Origin: Auanema rhodensis | Lineage: Eukaryota; Animalia; Nematoda | Reading direction: 5' to 3' | DNA: 64,000 bases | NCBI GenBank assembly: GCA_964057225.1 | Contig: OZ059894.1 | Span: 19,530,001-19,594,000 of the forward strand | Shown: positions 53,101 through 64,000 of the stretch, one piece after another | Layout: every line of letters begins with the position of its first letter | Numbering within the stretch: position 1 is the stretch's first letter | Translations under genes and position numbers: made by a program | The notes under the pieces: model-generated | The model's input: the letters and a program-made list of their open reading frames with translations, nothing else | Told to the model about the DNA's origin: nothing | Database searches by the model: none

Positions 53101-56100
53101 CATTGAAAAACGCTTAATACAAAAATTAGTTATGATCGTTTGAAAAATGATGCATTAGTGTATGTTGAGTTTCCATGTACACTCAACATTGCTTCCAAAA
53201 ACATTTTGACAAAAATTTTTTCGAAAAATTTCAGAATAATTTAGCAAAAAGTAGATGTTTTTAGATTCCATTTTTCAAGGCAAAGACGATGGACAATGTT
53301 ATTCAACGAAAAAATTAATTCTTCAGGGTGAAAATCGAGGATATAAGTGTGAACTTATATCAGTTGATATCTCGGTGCATTTTTAAGCTAGCGCAAATCT
53401 GATAACACAGATCGACGCAGCTTAAAAATCCGCATCGAATGCACTATACTACATTGAGAAACGCTTAATACAAAAATTAGTTATGATCGTTTGAAAAATG
53501 ATGCGTTAGTGTATGTTGAGTTTCCATGTACACTCAACATTGCTTCCAAAAACATTTTGACAAAAATTTTTTCAAAAAATTTCAGAATAATTTAGCAAAA
53601 AGTAGATGTTTTTAGATTCCATTTTTTAAGGCAAAGACGATGGACAATGTTATTCAACGAAAAAATTAATTCTTCAGGGTGAAAATCGAGGATATAAGTG
53701 TGAACTTATATCAGTTGATATCTCGGTGCATTTTTAAGCTAGCGCAAATCTGATAACACAGAACGACGCAGCTTAAAAATCCGCATCGAATGCACTATAC
53801 TACATTGAGAAACGCTTAATACAAAAATTAGTTATGATCGTTTGAAAAATGATGCATTAGTGTATGTTGAGTTTCCATGTACACTCAACATTGCTTCCAA
53901 AAACATTTTGACAAAAATTTTTTCGAAAAATTTCAGAATAATTTAGCAAAAAGTAGATGTTTTTAGATTCCTTTTTTCAAGGCAAAGACGATGGACAATG
54001 TTATTCAACGAAAAAATTAATTCTTCAGGGTGAAAATCGAGGATATAAGTGTGAACTTATATCAGTTGATATCTCGGTGCATTTTTAAGCTAGCGCAAAT
54101 CTGATAACACAGAACGACGCAGCTTAAAAATCCGCATCGAATGCACTATACTACATTGAGAAACGCTTAATACAAAAATTAGTTATGATCGTTTGAAAAA
54201 TGATGCATTAGTGTATGTTGAGTTTCCATGTACACTCAACATTGCTTCCAAAAACATTTTGACAAAAATTTTTTCGAGAAATTTCAAAATAATTTAGCAA
54301 AAAGTAGATGTTTTTAGATTCCTTTTTTCAAGGCAAAGACGATGGACAATGTTATTCAACGAAAAAATTAATTCTTCAGGGTGAAAATCGAGGATATAAG
54401 TGTGAACTTATATCAGTTGATATCTCGGTGCATTTTTAAGCTAGCGCAAATCTGATAACACAGATCGACGCAGCTTAAAAATCCGCATCGAATGCACTAT
54501 ACTACATTGAGAAACGCTTAATACAAAAATTAGTTATGATCGTTTGAAAAATGATGCATTAGTGTATGTTGAGTTTCCATGTACACTCAACATTGCTTCC
54601 AAAAACATTTTGACAAAAATTTTTTCGAAAAATTTCAAAATAATTTAGCAAAAAGTAGATGTTTTTAGATTCCTTTTTTCAAGGCAAAGACGATGGACAT
54701 TGTTATTCAACGAAAAAATTAATTCTTCAGGGTGAAAATCGAGGATATAAGTGTGAACTTATATCAGTTGATATCTCGGTGCATTTTTAAGCTAGCGCAA
54801 ATCTGATAACACAGAACGACGCAGCTTAAAAATTCGCATCGAATGCACTATACTACATTGAGAAACGCTTAATACAAAAATTAGTTATGATCGTTTGAAA
54901 AATGATGCATTAGTGTATGTTGAGTTTCCATGTACACTGAACATTGCTTCCAAAAACATTTTGACAAAAATTTTTTCGAAAAATTTCAGAATAATTTAGC
55001 AAAAAGTAGATGTTTTTAGATTCCATTTTTCAAGGCAAAGACGATGGACAATGTTATTCAACGAAAAAATCAATTCTTCAGGGTGAAAATCGAGGATATA
55101 AGTGTGAACTTATATCAGTTGATATCTCGGTGCATTTTTAAGCTAGCGCAAATCTGATAACACAGATCGACGCAGCTTAAAAATCCACATCGAATGCACT
55201 ATACTACATTGAGAAACGCTTAATACAAAAATTAGTTATGATCGTTTGAAAAATGATGCATTAGTGTATGTTGAGTTTCCATGTACACTCAACATTGCTT
55301 CCAAAAACATTTTGACAAAAATTTTTTCGAAAAATTTCAAAATAATTTAGCAAAAAGTAGATGTTTTTAGATTCCATTTTTTAAGGCAAAGACGATGGAC
55401 AATGTTATTCAACGGAAAAATTAATTCTTCAGGGTGAAAATCGAGGATATAAGTGTGAACTTATATCAGTTGATATCTCGGTGCATTTTTAAGCTAGCGC
55501 AAATCTGATAACACAGATCGACGCAGCTTAAAAATCCGCATCGAATGCACTATACTACATTGAGAAACGCTTAATACAAAAATTAGTTATGATCGTTTGA
55601 AAAATGATGCATTAGTGTATGTTGAGTTTCCATGTACACTCAACATTGCTTCCAAAAACATTTTGACAAAAATTTTTTCGAAAAATTTCAAAATAATTTA
55701 GCAAAAAGTAGATGTTTTTAGATTCCATTTTTTAAGGCAAAGACGATGGACAATGTTATTCAACGGAAAAATTAATTCTTCAGGGTGAAAATCGAGGATA
55801 TAAGTGTGAACTTATATCAGTTGATATCTCGGTGCATTTTTAAGCTAGCGCAAATCTGATAACACAGATCGACGCAGCTTAAAAATCCGCATCGAATGCA
55901 CTATACTACATTGAGAAACGCTTAATACAAAAATTAGTTATGATCGTTTGAAAAATGATGCATTAGTGTATGTTGAGTTTCCATGTACACTCAACATTGC
56001 TTCCAAAAACATTTTGACAAAAATTTTTTCGAAAAATTTCAAAATAATTTAGCAAAAAGTAGATGTTTTTAGATTCCATTTTTTAAGGCAAAGACGATGG

Positions 56101-59100
56101 ACAATGTTATTCAACGGAAAAATTAATTCTTCAGGGTGAAAATCGAGGATATAAGTGTGAACTTATATCAGTTGATATCTCGGTGCATTTTTAAGCTAGC
56201 GCAAATCTGATAACACAGATCGACGCAGCTTTAAAATCCGCATCGAATGCACTATACTACATTGAGAAACGCTTAATACAAAAATTAGTTATGATCGTTT
56301 GAAAAATGATGCGTTAGTGTATGTTGAGTTTCCATGTACACTCAACATTGCTTCCAAAAACATTTTGACAAAAATTTTTTCGAAAAATTTCAGAATAATT
56401 TAGCAAAAAGTAGATGTTTTTAGATTCCATTTTTTAAGGCAAAGACGATGGACAATGTTATTCAACGGAAAAATTAATTCTTCAGGGTGAAAATCGAGGA
56501 TATAAGTGTGAACTTATATCAGTTGATATCTCGGTGCATTTTTAAGCTAGCGCAAATCTGATAACACAGATCGACGCAGCTTAAAAATCCGCATCGAATG
56601 CACTATACTACATTGAGAAACGCTTAATACAAAAATTAGTTATGATCGTTTGAAAAATGATGCATTAGTGTATGTTGAGTTTCCATGTACACTCAACATT
56701 GCTTCCAAAAACATTTTGACAAAAATTTTTTCGAAAAATTTCAAAATAATTTAGCAAAAAGTAGATGTTTTTAGATTCCATTTTTTAAGGCAAAGACGAT
56801 GGACAATGTTATTCAACGGAAAAATTAATTCTTCAGGGTGAAAATCGAGGATATAAGTGTGAACTTATATCAGTTGATATCTCGGTGCATTTTTAAGCTA
56901 GCGCAAATCTGATAACACAGATCGACGCAGCTTAAAAATCCGCATCGAATGCACTATACTACATTGAGAAACGCTTAATACAAAAATTAGTTATGATCGT
57001 TTGAAAAATGATGCATTAGTGTATGTTGAGTTTCCATGTACACTCAACATTGCTTCCAAAAACATTTTGACAAAAATTTTTTCGAAAAATTTCAAAATAA
57101 TTTAGCAAAAAGTAGATGTTTTTAGATTCCATTTTTTAAGGCAAAGACGATGGACAATGTTATTCAACGGAAAAATTAATTCTTCAGGGTGAAAATCGAG
57201 GATATAAGTGTGAACTTATATCAGTTGATATCTCGGTGCATTTTTAAGCTAGCGCAAATCTGATAACACAGATCGACGCAGCTTAAAAATCCGCATCGAA
57301 TGCACTATACTACATTGAGAAACGCTTAATACAAAAATTAGTTATGATCGTTTGAAAAATGATGCATTAGTGTATGTTGAGTTTCCATGTACACTCAACA
57401 TTGCTTCCAAAAACATTTTGACAAAAATTTTTTCGAAAAATTTCAAAATAATTTAGCAAAAAGTAGATGTTTTTAGATTCCATTTTTTAAGGCAAAGACG
57501 ATGGACAATGTTATTCAACGGAAAAATTAATTCTTCAGGGTGAAAATCGAGGATATAAGTGTGAACTTATATCAGTTGATATCTCGGTGCATTTTTAAGC
57601 TAGCGCAAATCTGATAACACAGATCGACGCAGCTTTAAAATCCGCATCGAATGCACTATACTACATTGAGAAACGCTTAATACAAAAATTAGTTATGATC
57701 GTTTGAAAAATGATGCGTTAGTGTATGTTGAGTTTCCATGTACACTCAACATTGCTTCCAAAAACATTTTGACAAAAATTTTTTCGAAAAATTTCAGAAT
57801 AATTTAGCAAAAAGTAGATGTTTTTAGATTCCATTTTTTAAGGCAAAGACGATGGACAATGTTATTCAACGAAAAAATTAATTCTTCAGGGTGAAAATCG
57901 AGGATATAAGTGTGAACTTATATCAGTTGATATCTCGGTGCATTTTTAAGCTAGCGCAAATCTGATAACACAGAACGACGCAGCTTAAAAATCCGCATCG
58001 AATGCACTATACTACATTGAGAAACGCTTAATACAAAAATTAGTTATGATCGTTTGAAAAATGATGCATTAGTGTATGTTGAGTTTCCATGTACACTCAA
58101 CATTGCTTCCAAAAACATTTTGACAAAAATTTTTTCGAAAAATTTCAGAATAATTTAGCAAAAAGTAGATGTTTTTAGATTCCTTTTTTCAAGGCAAAGA
58201 CGATGGACAATGTTATTCAACGAAAAAATTAATTCTTCAGGGTGAAAATCGAGGATATAAGTGTGAACTTATATCAGTTGATATCTCGGTGCATTTTTAA
58301 GCTAGCGCAAATCTGATAACACAGAACGACGCAGCTTAAAAATCCGCATCGAATGCACTATACTACATTGAGAAACGCTTAATACAAAAATTAGTTATGA
58401 TCGTTTGAAAAATGATGCATTAGTGTATGTTGAGTTTCCATGTACACTCAACATTGCTTCCAAAAACATTTTGACAAAAATTTTTTCGAAAAATTTCAGA
58501 ATAATTTAGCAAAAAGTAGATGTTTTTAGATTCCATTTTTTAAGGCAAAGACGATGGACAATGTTATTCAACGAAAAAATTAATTCTTCAGGGTGAAAAT
58601 CGAGGATATAAGTGTGAACTTATATCAGTTGATATCTCGGTGCATTTTTAAGCTAGCGCAAATCTGATAACACAGAACGACGCAGCTTAAAAATCCGCAT
58701 CGAATGCACTATACTACATTGAGAAACGCTTAATACAAAAATTAGTTATGATCGTTTGAAAAATGATGCATTAGTGTATGTTGAGTTTCCATGTACACTC
58801 AACATTGCTTCCAAAAACATTTTGACAAAAATTTTTTCGAAAAATTTCAGAATAATTTAGCAAAAAGTAGATGTTTTTAGATTCCTTTTTTCAAGGCAAA
58901 GACGATGGACAATGTTATTCAACGAAAAAATTAATTCTTCAGGGTGAAAATCGAGGATATAAGTGTGAACTTATATCAGTTGATATCTCGGTGCATTTTT
59001 AAGCTAGCGCAAATCTGATAACACAGAACGACGCAGCTTAAAAATCCGCATCGAATGCACTATACTACATTGAGAAACGCTTAATACAAAAATTAGTTAT

Positions 59101-62100
59101 GATCGTTTGAAAAATGATGCATTAGTGTATGTTGAGTTTCCATGTACACTCAACATTGCTTCCAAAAACATTTTGACAAAAATTTTTTCGAGAAATTTCA
59201 AAATAATTTAGCAAAAAGTAGATGTTTTTAGATTCCTTTTTTCAAGGCAAAGACGATGGACAATGTTATTCAACGAAAAAATTAATTCTTCAGGGTGAAA
59301 ATCGAGGATATAAGTGTGAACTTATATCAGTTGATATCTCGGTGCATTTTTAAGCTAGCGCAAATCTGATAACACAGATCGACGCAGCTTAAAAATCCGC
59401 ATCGAATGCACTATACTACATTGAGAAACGCTTAATACAAAAATTAGTTATGATCGTTTGAAAAATGATGCATTAGTGTATGTTGAGTTTCCATGTACAC
59501 TCAACATTGCTTCCAAAAACATTTTGACAAAAATTTTTTCGAAAAATTTCAAAATAATTTAGCAAAAAGTAGATGTTTTTAGATTCCTTTTTTCAAGGCA
59601 AAGACGATGGACATTGTTATTCAACGAAAAAATTAATTCTTCAGGGTGAAAATCGAGGATATAAGTGTGAACTTATATCAGTTGATATCTCGGTGCATTT
59701 TTAAGCTAGCGCAAATCTGATAACACAGAACGACGCAGCTTAAAAATTCGCATCGAATGCACTATACTACATTGAGAAACGCTTAATACAAAAATTAGTT
59801 ATGATCGTTTGAAAAATGATGCATTAGTGTATGTTGAGTTTCCATGTACACTGAACATTGCTTCCAAAAACATTTTGACAAAAATTTTTTCGAAAAATTT
59901 CAGAATAATTTAGCAAAAAGTAGATGTTTTTAGATTCCATTTTTCAAGGCAAAGACGATGGACAATGTTATTCAACGAAAAAATCAATTCTTCAGGGTGA
60001 AAATCGAGGATATAAGTGTGAACTTATATCAGTTGATATCTCGGTGCATTTTTAAGCTAGCGCAAATCTGATAACACAGATCGACGCAGCTTAAAAATCC
60101 GCATCGAATGCACTATACTACATTGAGAAACGCTTAATACAAAAATTAGTTATGATCGTTTGAAAAATGATGCATTAGTGTATGTTGAGTTTCCATGTAC
60201 ACTCAACATTGCTTCCAAAAACATTTTGACAAAAATTTTTTCGAAAAATTTCAAAATAATTTAGCAAAAAGTAGATGTTTTTAGATTCCATTTTTTAAGG
60301 CAAAGACGATGGACAATGTTATTCAACGGAAAAATTAATTCTTCAGGGTGAAAATCGAGGATATAAGTGTGAACTTATATCAGTTGATATCTCGGTGCAT
60401 TTTTAAGCTAGCGCAAATCTGATAACACAGATCGACGCAGCTTAAAAATCCGCATCGAATGCACTATACTACATTGAGAAACGCTTAATACAAAAATTAG
60501 TTATGATCGTTTGAAAAATGATGCATTAGTGTATGTTGAGTTTCCATGTACACTCAACATTGCTTCCAAAAACATTTTGACAAAAATTTTTTCGAAAAAT
60601 TTCAAAATAATTTAGCAAAAAGTAGATGTTTTTAGATTCCATTTTTTAAGGCAAAGACGATGGACAATGTTATTCAACGGAAAAATTAATTCTTCAGGGT
60701 GAAAATCGAGGATATAAGTGTGAACTTATATCAGTTGATATCTCGGTGCATTTTTAAGCTAGCGCAAATCTGATAACACAGATCGACGCAGCTTAAAAAT
60801 CCGCATCGAATGCACTATACTACATTGAGAAACGCTTAATACAAAAATTAGTTATGATCGTTTGAAAAATGATGCATTAGTGTATGTTGAGTTTCCATGT
60901 ACACTCAACATTGCTTCCAAAAACATTTTGACAAAAATTTTTTCGAAAAATTTCAAAATAATTTAGCAAAAAGTAGATGTTTTTAGATTCCTTTTTTCAA
61001 GGCAAAGACGATGGACAATGTTATTCAACGAAAAAATTAATTCTTCAGGGTGAAAATCGAGGATATAAGTGTGAACTTATATCAGTTGATATCTCGGTGC
61101 ATTTTTAAGCTAGCGCAAATCTGATAACACAGAACGACGCAGCTTAAAAATCCGCATCGAATGCACTATACTACATTGAAAAACGCTTAATACAAAAATT
61201 AGTTATGATCGTTTGAAAAATGATGCATTAGTGTATGTTGAGTTTCCATGTACACTCAACATTGCTTCCAAAAACATTTTGACAAAAAGTTTTTCGAAAA
61301 ATTTCAAAATAATTTAGCAAAAAGTAGATGTTTTTAGATTCCTTTTTTCAAGGCAAAGACGATGGACAATGTTATTCAACGAAAAAATTAATTCTTCAGG
61401 GTGAAAATCGAGGATATAAGTGTGAACTTATATCAGTTGATATCTCGGTGCATTTTTAAGCTAGCGCAAATCTGATAACACAGATCGACGCAGCTTAAAA
61501 ATCCGCATCGAATGCAATATACTACATTAAGAAACGCTTAATACAAAAATTAGTTATGATCGTTTGAAAAATGATGCATTAGTGTATGTTGAGTTTCCAT
61601 GTACACTCAACATTGCTTCCAAAAACATTTTGACAAAAATTTTTTCGAAAAATTTCAGAATAATTTAGCAAAAAGTAGATGTTTTTAGATTCCCTTTTTC
61701 AAGGCAAAGACGATGGACAATGTTATTCAACGAAAAAATTAATTCTTCAGGGTGAAAATCGAGGATATAAGTGTGAACTTATATCAGTTGATATCTCGGT
61801 GCATTTTTAAGCTAGCGCAAATCTGATAACACAGAACGACGCAGCTTAAAAATCCGCATCGAATGCACTATACTACATTGAAAAACGCTTAATACAAAAA
61901 TTAGTTATGATCGTTTGAAAAATGATGCATTAGTGTATGTTGAGTTTCCATGTACACTCAACATTGCTTCCAAAAACATTTTGACAAAAATTTTTTCGAA
62001 AAATTTCAAAATAATTTAGCAAAAAGTAGATGTTTTTAGATTCCATTTTTTAAGGCAAAGACGATGGACAATGTTATTCAACGGAAAAATTAATTCTTCA

Positions 62101-64000
62101 GGGTGAAAATCGAGGATATAAGTGTGAACTTATATCAGTTGATATCTCGGTGCATTTTTAAGCTAGCGCAAATCTGATAACACAGATCGACGCAGCTTAA
62201 AAATCCGCATCGAATGCACTATACTACATTGAGAAACGCTTAATACAAAAATTAGTTATGATCGTTTGAAAAATGATGCATTAGTGTATGTTGAGTTTCC
62301 ATGTACACTCAACATTGCTTCCAAAAACATTTTGACAAAAATTTTTTCGAAAAATTTCAAAATAATTTAGCAAAAAGTAGATGTTTTTAGATTCCTTTTT
62401 TCAAGGCAAAGACGATGGACAATGTTATTCAACGAAAAAATTAATTCTTCAGGGTGAAAATCGAGGATATAAGTGTGAACTTATATCAGTTGATATCTCG
62501 GTGCATTTTTAAGCTAGCGCAAATCTGATAACACAGAACGACGCAGCTTAAAAATCCGCATCGAATGCACTATACTACATTGAAAAACGCTTAATACAAA
62601 AATTAGTTATGATCGTTTGAAAAATGATGCATTAGTGTATGTTGAGTTTCCATGTACACTCAACATTGCTTCCAAAAACATTTTGACAAAAAGTTTTTCG
62701 AAAAATTTCAAAATAATTTAGCAAAAAGTAGATGTTTTTAGATTCCTTTTTTCAAGGCAAAGACGATGGACAATGTTATTCAACGAAAAAATTAATTCTT
62801 CAGGGTGAAAATCGAGGATATAAGTGTGAACTTATATCAGTTGATATCTCGGTGCATTTTTAAGCTAGCGCAAATCTGATAACACAGATCGACGCAGCTT
62901 AAAAATCCGCATCGAATGCACTATACTACATTGAGAAACGCTTAATACAAAAATTAGTTATGATCGTTTGAAAAATGATGCATTAGTGTATGTTGAGTTT
63001 CCATGTACACTCAACATTGCTTCCAAAAACATTTTGACAAAAATTTTTTCGAGAAATTTCAAAATAATTTAGCAAAAAGTAGATGTTTTTAGATTCCTTT
63101 TTTCAAGGCAAAGACGATGGACAATGTTATTCAACGAAAAAATTAATTCTTCAGGGTGAAAATCGAGGATATAAGTGTGAACTTATATCAGTTGATATCT
63201 CTCTGCATTTTTAAGCTAGCGCAAATCTGATAACACAGATCGACGCAGCTTAAAAATCCGCATCGAATGCACTATACTACATTGAGAAACGCTTGATACA
63301 AAAATTAGTTATGATCGTTTGAAAAATGATGCATTAGTGTATGTTGAGTTTCCATGTACACTCAACATTGCTTCCAAAAACATTTTGACAAAAATTTTTT
63401 CGAAAAATTTCAGAATAATTTAGCAAAAAGTAGATGTTTTTAGATTCCCTTTTTCAAGGCAAAGACGATGGACAATGTTATTCAACGAAAAAATTAATTC
63501 TTCAGGGTGAAAATCGAGGATATAAGTGTGAACTTATATCAGTTGATATCTCGGTGCATTTTTAAGCTAGCGCAAATCTGATAACACAGATCGACGCAGC
63601 TTAAAAATCCGCATCGAATGCACTATACTACATTGAAAAACGCTTAATACAAAAATTAGTTATGATCGTTTGAAAAATGATGCATTAGTGTATGTTGAGT
63701 TTCCATGTACATTCAACATTGCTTCCAAAAACATTTTGACAAAAATTTTTTCGAAAAATTTCAAAATAATTTAGCAAAAAGTAGATGTTTTTAGATTCCT
63801 TTTTTCAAGGCAAAGACGATGGACAATGTTATTCAACGAAAAAATTAATTCTTCAGGGTGAAAATCGAGGATATAAGTGTGAACTTATATCAGTTGATAT
63901 CTCGGTGCATTTTTAAGCTAGCGCAAATCTGATAACACAGAACGACGCAGCTTAAAAATTCGCATCGAATGCACTATACTACATTGAGAAACGCTTAATA
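32110..64000. repeat. Tandem satellite array, same 351-bp monomer, about 91 copies (right of retrotransposon)
   Basis: Same monomer and orientation. Monomer starts at 32460 ... 63699 (=32109+90x351), with no net indels. The array runs off the window end. Confidence 0.99.

Noticed and set aside
1-64000. CRISPR array, tandem RNA gene cluster (5S, tRNA, SL, snRNA) or telomeric repeat
   Set aside because: There are no unique spacers, the monomer has no recognisable RNA gene motifs or ORF, and no telomeric tracts are seen.

Overview
Eukaryotic, AT-rich satellite DNA. About 163 near-identical 351-bp monomers (72 on the left, about 91 on the right) are interrupted once by a young, apparently intact 6.84-kb BEL/Pao LTR retrotransposon on the + strand (25274-32113). 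The element has LTRs matching over 283 bp with 1 mismatch, a tRNA-Gly PBS and a PPT. It encodes Gag with three zinc knuckles and Pol in the order PR-RT-RH-IN, with no env. Notable points: (1) gag and pol overlap by 52 nt in the -1 frame, with a correctly phased slippery heptamer A AAT TTT. (2) There is no target-site duplication; the 3' LTR joins the satellite through a 4-bp TTTC microhomology. (3) The insertion lies in the loop of a 9-bp inverted repeat carried by the monomer. (4) The PPT+TG motif is present twice. (5) The protease active site reads D-S-C. (6) SNP patterns in the array show local duplications of 4, 7, 10, 12, 14 and 33 monomers. The host is probably an invertebrate, possibly a nematode, but this is inference only. 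I found no host genes, RNA genes or CRISPR arrays.
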